64,000 nt of DNA from an uncultured Gammaproteobacteria bacterium (lineage in GTDB: Bacteria > Pseudomonadota > Gammaproteobacteria > Ga0077536), in NCBI GenBank assembly GCA_942490995.1, contig CALOBG010000021.1, forward strand, positions 91,388 to 155,387. The letters run 5' to 3'. Position numbers and translations under genes: made by a program. This document shows positions 29,926 to 39,396 of the stretch, one piece after another (positions within the stretch are counted from its first letter, which is position 1; each line of letters opens with the position of its first letter). Under the pieces are notes generated by a model. It was given only the letters and a program-made list of their open reading frames with translations. It was not told where the DNA came from and ran no database searches.

Positions 29926-30713
29926 TTAATCGCCCTGACCACAACCATTGACCGCGCCCACCAGGCGTCCTGCACGTCCTGCGGAATATCCAGCGCGTCT
30001 ACCCGCGACAGGTGGATGGCGCTGAAATGTTCGAACAGCCGGCGCTGGTGACCGCGACTCAGCGAATCGATTTCGTTGGACAGATAGGTGAAGCTGCCGC
30101 CAGGATGCAGGTGGGCCGCGGCGTGGGCAAAAAAATGCTCGGCGAAAGTTGTACTGGCAGCGATCTGTTCGATGAACTCGTCTTCGTTCAAGGGGTAGGT
30201 GTGAAAAAAAATCCCATCGAATGCTCCCAATTGCGGCAGAACGTCCTGCCACATGCCGCCGAGCATCTCGATTGCTCGGTCAGGATAGCTATCGCGCCAG
30301 CGCTGAAATCGCCCGATGATATGCTCATTGCATTCGATAATCGTGTGGGTACTAACGCCGCAATCCTGGATCAGGGCCGAGGCAATCCCACGGCCGAAAC
30401 CGATTTCCAGGATATCGCCGTGACTGACCGTCACCGCGTCGGCCATCGCGCGCATCAACGGGATCTGCCAGTCTTCCATGATCTGCTCGTCGCTCAGTTC
30501 AGCCTGCGCGCGGTCCGCGGTGACCAGCTTATCGCTGCCGGCCACGAGCTCGCCCGCCGTGCGGTCCAGCGCGAGCAGGTTATCGGCCAATTCGCTGACC
30601 GCCCGGTTGAGCAGCCAGTTGCGCTGCGCGTCGCGTGGCGGACGGATAAAATCCTCGCGTTTGATCTCGAGGCTGATCGCAAAATCCCGCGTCTTTTTGT
30701 AGCGTCTGGTCAT
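29922..30713 (-). CDS. SAM-dependent methyltransferase of the guanidinoacetate N-methyltransferase (GAMT/RMT2-like) fold.
   Basis: QIPLMRAMADAVTVSHGDILEIGFGRGIAS…THTIIECNEHIIGRFQRW…MWQDVLPQLGAFDGIFFHTYPLNEDEF aligns closely with mammalian GAMT (…RVLEVGFGMAIAAS…HWIIECNDGVFQRL…[29 protein letters not shown]). ATGA overlaps at both ends. Confidence 0.8.
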   Translation of the reverse strand: MTRRYKKTRDFAISLEIKREDFIRPPRDAQRNWLLNRAVSELADNLLALDRTAGELVAGSDKLVTADRAQAELSDEQIMEDWQIPLMRAMADAVTVSHGDILEIGFGRGIASALIQDCGVSTHTIIECNEHIIGRFQRWRDSYPDRAIEMLGGMWQDVLPQLGAFDGIFFHTYPLNEDEFIEQIAASTTFAEHFFAHAAAHLHPGGSFTYLSNEIDSLSRGHQRRLFEHFSAIHLSRVDALDIPQDVQDAWWARSMVVVRAIK

Positions 30714-33577
30714 GTTTGCGCCCGGCTCGTCGAAGTCTGCTCGAATGCGCCAAGGTCACTGAGTGCGGCAGCCACTTCTATTTCGGTGAGTCCCTCAACC
30801 CGCTCCAGCAAGGCGGATACGATTTCATCTGGCAGCGCTGTCAGCGCGGTCTCCAGCTTTTCCATGTCGCCGTCCGTAATCGGGGCCAGACTTGCACGAT
30901 CGGCCACGAACACCATCGCTTCCGCGACGTCCGCGTGCTGCTGCAGCGCCGCTTCGACTTCTTCCGGTTCGATACGAAAGCCACGTACCTTGACCTGGTG
31001 GTCGATACGCCCAAGAAACTCGAAGCGGCCGTCGCGCAGTTGGCGAACCCGGTCGCCGGTCCGGTAGAGGCGCGGATCCGGCTCGGCTCGGAACGGATTG
31101 TCGATGAAGTTCTCAACATTGCGCGGGTCGTCGCCGACATAGCCGGCGGCGATGCACACGCCTCCTATCAGTAACTCGCCCTCGGCGCCGAGGGGCACCG
31201 GCCGTAGCTGCGCGTCGACGACGTAGGTGGAGACGTGGGGCAGCGGCCTGCCGATGGTGACGCGGGTAGCAGCGCCGTCGGCGGTGAGCTCCGCCATCGT
31301 TGCCCACACCGTCGCTTCGGTTGGCCCGTACTCGTTGTACAAAGCGGTGTTCGGCAGTTGCCGGCAGTGCTCGAGCTGCAGCCGCGCCGGACATGCCTCG
31401 CCCGCAACGATAACGCTACGCAGGTCCGGCAGCGCGACGCCGCCGAGCTGCTCGACAATGAGCGCGTGCAGGCTTGGCAGGCACAGCACATGGGTGATCC
31501 CCTCACTGGCGATGCGTGCAACCAGGCCGGCCATGTCCTGCTCGGCCCGCGCGCGCGGCAACACCAGGGTGCCACCGGTGGTCAGCGTCCAGAACAGACC
31601 GGCCACCGAGCTGTCCGTCGCCAATGACGACAAAAGTAGAAACCTGGCCGGATCATGACCATAAACCTGGCTACGCGCCGCTGTCGCAACCTGTAGCTGG
31701 CGGTGAGAAATCATCACCCCTTTGGCAGCGCCGGTGCTGCCCGAAGTGAACATCACGTAGGCCAGGGTGTCGGCGTCACTGGCCACCACGGCCGCCGCCG
31801 CGGCCGGCGAAGCAGGCGCTGTATCGGTGCACAGCGCCTGCCACGGTGGCGGTACATGCGCGGCTGCGACGGAGGTCGTCACGACCACGCCGGCCTGACC
31901 ATCCGCAGCGGCGAGCGTCGCCAGCAGGGCCGCGATGCGCGCTGGTGGGTGCGACGTATCCAGCGGTACGTAGGCGCCTCCGGCAAACAGGATCGCAAGG
32001 ATCGCAACAATCGCCTCGCTATCGCGCGCCATCAGCACCGGCACGCTGTTGCCTGCGGCGACGCCACGCTCGGCAAGCGTAGTGGCCAGCACCGCAGCGC
32101 GTTCGACAAGTTCCGCGTAGCTGAGCTCGCCGCGTTCGTCGCGCACGGCAATCGCCTGCGGTGTGCGCAAGGCTACCTCGACAATCCGCTCATGGATCCC
32201 GCCGCGAACCGAAGTCGATGCCGCGGGCGGCAACGCGGGCGCAAGCAGCCGCGCCTGTTCGTTGGGACTACACGGCGGCGCCTGCTTGAGTGGTTGCGCC
32301 ATGCCGGCGTTCATGAATGCCAACGTAGCGATGACGTGCTGCAGCAGCGACTCGACGAACTCGTCGCCGAACTTCGCGCGATCGTAGACCGCGATGAGTT
32401 CCAGTTCGGCCCCGGGCACGGCAAGCAGGGCAAAAGGATAGTGGCTGAATTCGCGGTAGTTTTCCTCGCTCGGCGCCAGTGCCGCCCCCCCGCCGTCGCC
32501 GGCGGCGGCAAAATTCTCGACCACCAGGATGGTGTCAAACAACGGTGTCCCCGGCGCCACCGCACTCCATTTCTGGATCTCGGCAAGCGGCGTCTGTTCA
32601 AATTGACGCGCCGCCAGGTGTGCTGCCTGGATCGCATGCAGGTAGTCACCCAGACTGGCCTGCGACGAGATGGCGATCCGTTGCGGCAAGGTGTTGATGA
32701 ACAGGCCGACGATCGATTCCGCGCCGTGCAGGTCGGCGGGGCGGCCGTGACTGGTCGTGCCGAAGACGACGTCGTCACTGCCGGCGTGGCGAGCGAGTAC
32801 CCACGCGTAGGCGCCGGCGAGCATGGTGTAAAAAGTCAGCCGTTGTTCGCGCGCCAGCCTCTGCAGGGCTTGCCATCGCTCGCCGTCGAGCACCTCGCAG
32901 CGTGTCGCCCCGGCGCCTGCCGGGCCCGCGCTCGTGGCCTCGGATCCGGCATCGACGAGCCGCGTAGGTGCTGCGAAACCATCCAGTGCCGAGCGCCAGT
33001 AGCTGTGCGCGGCCGTGTGATCCCGCTGCTCCAGCCAGCGCACGAATGTTTCAAAGGCCGGCGCCGCCGGCGCGCGCGCTGACGATCCATAAGCCGCGGC
33101 GAGCTCGTTCAGGACCAGGCGAGCCGACCAGCCGTCAACCACGAGGTGGTGGAAGCTCCATAGCATGCGCCACGAGTCCGCGCCGAGACGGAACAACGCA
33201 ACGCGCAGCAGCGGTGCCTGTTCGAGTACGAAACCGCGCGCCCGGTCAGCGTCGAGGAAAGCCGCGAAACGAGCGCTCTGGTCCGCGGCCGGCAGGTCGC
33301 TCCAGTCCTCATCGTGCCACGGCAGGTCGACCTGCCGGCGAACCAGCTGCAGGGGTTTTTGCCGTCCCTCCCAGCTGAACAGGGTACGCAGGGCATCGTG
33401 GCGCTGAACGATCCCGCACCAGGCTTCGCGCAGACGTTGCGGGTCGATAGCCTGCTCGTAACGACAACTGTACTGGTCGAAGTAGACGCGCTCATCGGGC
33501 CGGCGCAGGGTGTGGTAGAGGATCCCTTCCTGCATCGGGGTCAGGCGATAAATCGCCTTGATGTTGCTGTCTGCCAT
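30710..33577 (-). CDS. NRPS fragment: condensation domain + A-domain core (motifs A1-A8), ending just after A8.
   Basis: C: HHLVVDGWS. A: LAYVMFTSGSTGAAKG (A3), YNEYGPTEATV (A5), YRTGDRV (A7), GRIDHQVKVRGFRIEPEEVE (A8), then HADVAEAMVFV. The probable start is MADSNIK at 33577 (ORF-track Met at 33628). Confidence 0.8.
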   Translation of the reverse strand: MADSNIKAIYRLTPMQEGILYHTLRRPDERVYFDQYSCRYEQAIDPQRLREAWCGIVQRHDALRTLFSWEGRQKPLQLVRRQVDLPWHDEDWSDLPAADQSARFAAFLDADRARGFVLEQAPLLRVALFRLGADSWRMLWSFHHLVVDGWSARLVLNELAAAYGSSARAPAAPAFETFVRWLEQRDHTAAHSYWRSALDGFAAPTRLVDAGSEATSAGPAGAGATRCEVLDGERWQALQRLAREQRLTFYTMLAGAYAWVLARHAGSDDVVFGTTSHGRPADLHGAESIVGLFINTLPQRIAISSQASLGDYLHAIQAAHLAARQFEQTPLAEIQKWSAVAPGTPLFDTILVVENFAAAGDGGGAALAPSEENYREFSHYPFALLAVPGAELELIAVYDRAKFGDEFVESLLQHVIATLAFMNAGMAQPLKQAPPCSPNEQARLLAPALPPAASTSVRGGIHERIVEVALRTPQAIAVRDERGELSYAELVERAAVLATTLAERGVAAGNSVPVLMARDSEAIVAILAILFAGGAYVPLDTSHPPARIAALLATLAAADGQAGVVVTTSVAAAHVPPPWQALCTDTAPASPAAAAAVVASDADTLAYVMFTSGSTGAAKGVMISHRQLQVATAARSQVYGHDPARFLLLSSLATDSSVAGLFWTLTTGGTLVLPRARAEQDMAGLVARIASEGITHVLCLPSLHALIVEQLGGVALPDLRSVIVAGEACPARLQLEHCRQLPNTALYNEYGPTEATVWATMAELTADGAATRVTIGRPLPHVSTYVVDAQLRPVPLGAEGELLIGGVCIAAGYVGDDPRNVENFIDNPFRAEPDPRLYRTGDRVRQLRDGRFEFLGRIDHQVKVRGFRIEPEEVEAALQQHADVAEAMVFVADRASLAPITDGDMEKLETALTALPDEIVSALLERVEGLTEIEVAAALSDLGAFEQTSTSRAQT

Positions 33578-33590
33578 ATGCCCGGCGTCC

Positions 33591-36500
33591 CTACTCGCCA
33601 AACTCTGCGAGCACGCGGTCGAGTTCACCCTGGTCGACGTCGGCGGCAGGGAAATCCGAGGGCGTCAGGGCCGCGACGGCGCCGCTCGCGGCAAGCTCGA
33701 TGATGGCGCCCAGTTCGCCAATGACAGCGCCCGCGAGGTGCTGGATGGTCGAAGGCCGATAACAATCAGCAGCATAGGACCAGTCCAGCCGTAGTCGACC
33801 GTCAAAAATGTACGCATTGATTTCGAGCAGGTAGGGACGCGGTCCGGTAGCAGCCGTTACCGCGCGCAGCGGCCCCGACAGGCGCACACGCGCGTCACCG
33901 CGCGTAGCCCTGTCCCATTGGCCGAGATAATTGAACAATACCGGCGCAGAACCGGCACGCGAGACGCGCTCAGCGCCGTAATGAAGCAGGTTGTATCCGG
34001 CGCCGTGGGCGGGCACCGCACGCAGCTTTTCCTTGACCTGCCTGACGGTTTCAATCAGCGTCTCGCCGCTGCGACACTCAAACAACACCGGGTAGATGCT
34101 CGTGAACCAACCCACGGTGCGGGTCAGATCCATACCTTCGACCAGGGCTTCGCGGCCATGGCCTTCGAGGTCGAATTTCAGCAGCGACCCGCCGTGCCAG
34201 CGCGCCAGCACGCGAACCACGCCGGCAAGCAGGACTTCTGGCACCTGGACACGCCAGCTCGCCGGCACCTGATGGACCAATGCCGCGGTCTGTTCGCGAT
34301 CGAGCCTGCTCGTCAAGCGTGTACTGCTGGCATAGTCGTTCACGCTTTCGGGGTAATCGCAGCGCAGGGTCATGACACTGGCATCAATCTGTGCCCAGTA
34401 CTCCGCCTCGGCTGGCCCGGCGCTGCCCGCGTGCTGCGCCGCCAGCGCCAGCGCCCAATCCGCCACCGCGGTGGTTTTGCGCGGTAGCGTCACCGCCGCG
34501 TGGGCTGCCAGCTGCTGGCACGCTCGCTCGAGGTCATCAAGCAGTATCCACCATGACACGCCATCGATGAGCAGGTGGTGCACGGCAATTACCAGCAGAG
34601 AAGCCGGTTGATCGGCGCCGCGTGGCAGCCAGCGCAACTGCACCAGCGGACCGCGTTCGATATCCATCGTGCCGTTCATTGCGTCGATCAGGGCATCGAG
34701 ATCGCTGGCGCTTTCTTCTCCCGGTGCCGGGCCGGGTATCGGCGTCGCCGCGACGCTCGGCGGGTCTATACACTGCCGCCAACCGTTGGCCCTGCGCTCG
34801 AAACGACTGCGCAGGACATCATGATGGGCCACGACCTGCGCCCACGCCTGGGTCAGCACCGTAACCTCCAGACCCGCGTCGACTTCGACCACGGCAACCT
34901 GACTCAGCGCTGGCGGCGGGTCCTCAGCGAGTTCGAAAAAGCGCCGTTGCATCGGCAGCAGCTCAACCTCACCTTCGACAGGTCCCTGTGTTGCGGACGT
35001 CGTGGGAACGTCGCGGCATACCGCGGCCGCCGCGGCCACGGTCGGAAAGTCAAACAGATCCTGCGGCGTCAGTTCGAGGCCCGCGGCCCGGGCTCGCGCG
35101 ACAATCTGAATATTGAGAATCGAGTCGCCGCCGAGGTCAAAAAAATTGTCATTGATGCCGATGCGGGCAAGACCGAAAACTTCACACCAGATGCCGGCGA
35201 GCAGGTGTTCGTTACGGCTGACCGGCGCGACAAATTCTGTATCCAGACCGGTGCGGGCATACTGCGGCGCCGGCAGGCGTGCGCGATCGAGTTTGCCATT
35301 CCCGGTCAACGGCACGGCCTCCAGCCGTACGAAATGGCGCGGCAGGTATTCCGACGGCAATCGCGCGCCGAGGTGCTCCAGCAGGCGGCCGCGATCCAGC
35401 TCGTCATCGGCGACGTAATAAGCGATCAGCTCGATGTGCCGACGGGTCGCTGCGGACGCTTCTTGATGGTGGTAGCCGATAGACGCGAGTATGCGTCTGA
35501 CGTTTTCGATGTTGATATCGTCATCGAGTTCGGCGAGGGCGGCGTTGCGCTCCTTGTGGCCGAGCCTCACATCCCAGCTATAAGGCAAGGCGTAGTTGTG
35601 ATGCCGGCGCTCGGTTTTGTGTACGTGGATGCCGGCCTCATTGATCAGACAATTTGTCGAACGCCCGGTGTCCGCCGGACGGACCCAGGGCGCGCCGTGC
35701 TGCAGATAATCGAGCATGTCACCCAGGGTCGCGTCGCAGTAGCGGTAGAAATCGACAAACTTGATTTCCTCGAACACGCGATCGGATCGGAACAGCGAGA
35801 CGTCGAGCGCCGCGGATACCGCGTCGTGCATGCGATGATAAATCTTGCGTGCTTCGATGATATTGCGATCGATTTCAGCAGGATCGTAAATTTTCTGCCG
35901 AAACTGATCGGCGACCCGGGTCTCGAAGATCTGTCCGCGCGAAAGTCCGGTAAAGATGTGGCGTATGCCGCGTTCGTGAGCGAGATTCATCGACAGCGTG
36001 TATATGGTCTTGAAGCAGCCATTGCAGACATTGCTGTGACGCTTGAGGCTGTCGACGAAGATAGCGTCCATCGCGGGCGTGGTGGCACTGACCAGTTCGA
36101 GTCCGAGTTTATCGACCACCCGGCGGATGTTGTCTTTCGCCCCATCGGAGATGTAGCCGTTGTCGAGGGTAAAGACCAGCGGCGTCAGACCGAGATCGAC
36201 AAGCTGGCACAGCGCGTAGGTACTGTCCTTGCCGCCGCTCAACAGCATCATGCAGTCCGGCGTGCGCGGTGTCGCTGCCCGCACTTCGGCAACGATGTTC
36301 TCGAGGTCCTGCTGGTCGCCGAAATAGCGCATCGCCTGTTCGCGCTCGCGGGCGAAACGGCGGCAGATGCCACACACCCCGGCGCCGTCGAGATCGGCAT
36401 CGGGATGATTGGAGGCGAGACCGCAATGCACGCAGTACTCGATTTCCTGCGCCCGTGCTTCGCGGTCGTCGGCAATCACCACCGCTTCACGCAGCCCCGG

Positions 36501-39134
36501 ATAAGCGGCGAGGACGCTTTCGATTTCGCCCAGCTCGATCCTGATCCCGTTGACCTTGACCTGTTGATCGATGCGTCCAAGATATTCGAGCCGGCCGTCG
36601 GCGTTCCATCGAGCCAGGTCGCCGCTGAGATACATACGCCCACCACGATTGAACGGATCGTCAACGAAGCGGGCCGCGGTTTCCTCATCGCGGCCGAGAT
36701 AACCCAACGCGACCCCGGCGCCGCCTATCGCGATTTCGCCAGCGACACCGCGCGGCTGCAGACCAAGCCTGCTGTCCAGAACGTAGATTGTCGCGCCGTC
36801 AATCGGGCGGCCTATCGGTACCGAGATATCCGTATCGGCATGCGGGTCGAAACGATGGATCATGCATCCGACGGTCGCCTCGGTCGGCCCGTACTCGTTG
36901 TAGATCTCAATCTCGTCGTTGAAATATTTCGAAACCGTACGCGCAACATCGGTTTTCAGGTCGTCGCCGCCGAGGATCATGACCCGCAGCCGCGAATGAG
37001 TCAGATCCATCGCTTGCAACAGCGCCAGGTGCGCGGGCGTAAGCTTGATGATATCGGCGCGGTTGTCCTCGATCACCCGTCGTAAGACGATGTCGCGGCC
37101 GCCCTCGAGTTCCGGGTAGACCAGTACCCGCCCGCCGCTCAGCAACGGCAGGAAACACGTCGTTACCGTCAGATCGAAAGCCATGGCCGTGAACAGGGGA
37201 AAGGTCAGCTGCGCGCCGCGCACATACTGACGCTCCGCCCAGTCGAGATAATTGACAACATTGGCGTGGGTCACGGCAACGCCTTTCGGAGCACCGCTCG
37301 ACCCCGAAGTGTAGATGACGTAGACACGATCGTTGGCCGTTACTACAGGCGCCGGATTGCTATCGGGACGCCCCGCCGCGGCGCGCGCGAAATCCGCGTA
37401 GACCTCGGTCGCCCAGCGTTCGTCACGCGGCTGGCCCGCGGCGGAATCGACCAGCCACAGTCGCGCGCCGGCGTCCGCAACGCAGTGCGCGCGACGCGCG
37501 CCGGGATCGTTCGTGGACAGCGGCAGGTACGCCGCACCGCATTTGATCACCGCTAGCATTGCGATCACTGCCTCGGCAGAGCGGCGCATGCCAAGCGCAA
37601 CCACGTCGCCCGCGCCGATGCCGCGCGCACGCAATTCGTGCGCGAGACGGTTGGCGTCGCTGTTCAAGCTGCCGTAGTTCCATACCACGCCGTCACATTC
37701 GAGCGCCGGCAAATCACGATGGCGCGCTGCACAGTGCTCGAAACGCGCGCCCAGGGTCAGCGTCCGATCTGCGGAGGTCTGGATCCGCCCTCGCGCGACG
37801 GAGAGCAGGGCGCGGCGGGCCGCGGCGTCAAGGAGATTTACGGCGGTTATCGAACCTTCAGGTTGGTCAACAAATGCGTCAATGATGGCGAGCAGGTGCC
37901 GCCGCGCGGCATCCGCGTCATCGACACTGAAGCTGTCCTCGTTGAGATCGAGAAACAGCCCGAAAACGTCGGCCTGGTCGAAATCGTGCACCTGCAGACG
38001 CAACACGTGGTTGCGATCGCCATAGCCCGCATGCACCCACTCGGCGGTGGTCGGATGCGCATCGAACTCGCCGAACTCGGCGGTGATGTAATTCAGTACC
38101 ACGTTAATGCCGCGGACCTGGTCAAAACCGCTTGCGCCGGGCTGCGCGTTGAGCAGGAATGCCCGTGCCTCGCGCGCGACCTGCTGGTACACGCTCGCGA
38201 ATGTGTCGTCGGCGCTGAGGGTGAGCGTCAACGGGAAGATTTCGATGAACAGGCCAGCGGTCTGCTTGAACGACTTGCTCGATCGATTGTGCGCCGGCGT
38301 GCCGATCACCACCTCACCAACGCCGGTGATCCGGTACAGGTAGACCGCGAGCGCGGTAAAAAAAATCTGAAAGCGCGCCAGGTCGCTGTTGAAGGCGCGA
38401 AACGCCGGCGCTTCGGCGAGCGCTCGAATCGCTCGCGAGCGGTCTGCACCAAGCGCTACCGCGTAGCGCCGGGTACGGCCGCTGCGGGTCGGCGCCGGGC
38501 GCCGATAAAACTGCGGCACCGGACCGCTCAGATCGCCCTTGGCGCGCCAGTATTCGCGCGCGCGCCGGCACGCCCGCGAGTCCTGGTGACGTCGTTCGTA
38601 CTCGACATAGTCGCGGTAGGGAGGCAGCGCAGGCGTCGGCGTTTCGAGGCCGGACCTGGCGGCCTGATACAGCGCGCTCATATGGCGGAAAATCACCGAT
38701 ACCGACCAGGCATCGGTGACGACGTGGTGTTGGTTGAAATACCACACCGATTCCTGCGCGGAAAGGTACAACAGTGCGGTATCGAACAGGCGACGCGCGT
38801 AGTCGAACGGGCGCCGCGCGCGGGCCTCCAGCCATGCGGCCAGGGCCTCGCGCGGATCACGGCGGCTGGAGAAGTCGACGGTTTCGAGGGCGAAATCCAT
38901 CGTTTCGAGGACGCGCTGGCGCGACTCCCCGGCGTCTTCGTCGATGACCGTACGCATCGCACCGCAGCCCTGCAGCAGGGCGCGAAACGCCCGCTCGAAG
39001 GCATCGGCGTCAAGCGCCGTACCGATATGAAAGGCAAGCACCATGTTGTACAGCGGGTCGTCAGGCTGCAGTCGCTGCCCGGTCCAGATCAGTTCCTGCG
39101 CTCGAGTCAGCCGCATGGACGCTTGATCTTCCAT
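33591..39134 (-). CDS. NRPS: C - A - PCP - C, with the A domain interrupted between A8 and A9 by a ~340-aa TtcA/TtuA-like PP-loop domain.
   Basis: C1 HHVVTDAWS; A3 YTSGSSGAPKG; A4 FDLT; A5 YNEYGPTEATV; A8 GRIDQQVKVNGIRIELGEIE; insertion aa ~899-1237; A9/A10 LPSEYLP…NGKLDR; PCP FFDLGGDSIL; C2 HHLLIDGVSW. 1847 aa. Confidence 0.9.
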   Translation of the reverse strand: MEDQASMRLTRAQELIWTGQRLQPDDPLYNMVLAFHIGTALDADAFERAFRALLQGCGAMRTVIDEDAGESRQRVLETMDFALETVDFSSRRDPREALAAWLEARARRPFDYARRLFDTALLYLSAQESVWYFNQHHVVTDAWSVSVIFRHMSALYQAARSGLETPTPALPPYRDYVEYERRHQDSRACRRAREYWRAKGDLSGPVPQFYRRPAPTRSGRTRRYAVALGADRSRAIRALAEAPAFRAFNSDLARFQIFFTALAVYLYRITGVGEVVIGTPAHNRSSKSFKQTAGLFIEIFPLTLTLSADDTFASVYQQVAREARAFLLNAQPGASGFDQVRGINVVLNYITAEFGEFDAHPTTAEWVHAGYGDRNHVLRLQVHDFDQADVFGLFLDLNEDSFSVDDADAARRHLLAIIDAFVDQPEGSITAVNLLDAAARRALLSVARGRIQTSADRTLTLGARFEHCAARHRDLPALECDGVVWNYGSLNSDANRLAHELRARGIGAGDVVALGMRRSAEAVIAMLAVIKCGAAYLPLSTNDPGARRAHCVADAGARLWLVDSAAGQPRDERWATEVYADFARAAAGRPDSNPAPVVTANDRVYVIYTSGSSGAPKGVAVTHANVVNYLDWAERQYVRGAQLTFPLFTAMAFDLTVTTCFLPLLSGGRVLVYPELEGGRDIVLRRVIEDNRADIIKLTPAHLALLQAMDLTHSRLRVMILGGDDLKTDVARTVSKYFNDEIEIYNEYGPTEATVGCMIHRFDPHADTDISVPIGRPIDGATIYVLDSRLGLQPRGVAGEIAIGGAGVALGYLGRDEETAARFVDDPFNRGGRMYLSGDLARWNADGRLEYLGRIDQQVKVNGIRIELGEIESVLAAYPGLREAVVIADDREARAQEIEYCVHCGLASNHPDADLDGAGVCGICRRFAREREQAMRYFGDQQDLENIVAEVRAATPRTPDCMMLLSGGKDSTYALCQLVDLGLTPLVFTLDNGYISDGAKDNIRRVVDKLGLELVSATTPAMDAIFVDSLKRHSNVCNGCFKTIYTLSMNLAHERGIRHIFTGLSRGQIFETRVADQFRQKIYDPAEIDRNIIEARKIYHRMHDAVSAALDVSLFRSDRVFEEIKFVDFYRYCDATLGDMLDYLQHGAPWVRPADTGRSTNCLINEAGIHVHKTERRHHNYALPYSWDVRLGHKERNAALAELDDDINIENVRRILASIGYHHQEASAATRRHIELIAYYVADDELDRGRLLEHLGARLPSEYLPRHFVRLEAVPLTGNGKLDRARLPAPQYARTGLDTEFVAPVSRNEHLLAGIWCEVFGLARIGINDNFFDLGGDSILNIQIVARARAAGLELTPQDLFDFPTVAAAAAVCRDVPTTSATQGPVEGEVELLPMQRRFFELAEDPPPALSQVAVVEVDAGLEVTVLTQAWAQVVAHHDVLRSRFERRANGWRQCIDPPSVAATPIPGPAPGEESASDLDALIDAMNGTMDIERGPLVQLRWLPRGADQPASLLVIAVHHLLIDGVSWWILLDDLERACQQLAAHAAVTLPRKTTAVADWALALAAQHAGSAGPAEAEYWAQIDASVMTLRCDYPESVNDYASSTRLTSRLDREQTAALVHQVPASWRVQVPEVLLAGVVRVLARWHGGSLLKFDLEGHGREALVEGMDLTRTVGWFTSIYPVLFECRSGETLIETVRQVKEKLRAVPAHGAGYNLLHYGAERVSRAGSAPVLFNYLGQWDRATRGDARVRLSGPLRAVTAATGPRPYLLEINAYIFDGRLRLDWSYAADCYRPSTIQHLAGAVIGELGAIIELAASGAVAALTPSDFPAADVDQGELDRVLAEFGE
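35430..36440 (-). other. Embedded PP-loop ATP pyrophosphatase (adenine-nucleotide alpha-hydrolase) domain of the TtcA/TtuA/Ncs6 type inside the NRPS A domain.
   Basis: CxxC-x16-CxxC (CVHCG…CGIC, aa 901-924), P-loop SGGKDS (aa 966-971; nt 36222-36239 verified), CNGC (aa 1037/1040) and a distal Cys1133 at TtuA-like spacings. Confidence 0.6.
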
Positions 39135-39140
39135 GTCCGT

Positions 39141-39383
39141 CTAGTCGTGGCTGCGCTGCGCGACGTAGGCGGCGATGGTGTTGATCGAACGGAAGTACTC
39201 GATACTGAAATCCTGTGGCGGGATCTCGAACCCGTAGGTCTCCTCGAGGTAACCGACCAGGCGCACCATACCGAGCGAATCGACCACCCCGTCATTGAGC
39301 AGCATATCGTCGTCGCCGACCACGTGCGGACCTTCGAGCAGCTCGTCGTGGATAAAAGCAGCGATGGTGTCCCTGATATTCAC
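39141..39383 (-). CDS. Stand-alone peptidyl/acyl carrier protein.
   Basis: 80 aa, phosphopantetheine-attachment serine in …DGVVDSLGMVRLV…. Sits 13 nt downstream of the stand-alone A domain. Confidence 0.75.
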   Translation of the reverse strand: MNIRDTIAAFIHDELLEGPHVVGDDDMLLNDGVVDSLGMVRLVGYLEETYGFEIPPQDFSIEYFRSINTIAAYVAQRSHD

Positions 39384-39396
39384 GCTCGCTCCTCGC

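Noticed and set aside
29920-30715. Interpretation of the two NRPS/MT junctions as simple sequencing frameshifts in one C-A(MT)-T gene.
   Set aside because: Not fully rejected, but considered less likely. Both junctions are exact ATGA start/stop overlaps at domain boundaries, which random indels would rarely create twice. Flagged for read-level verification instead.
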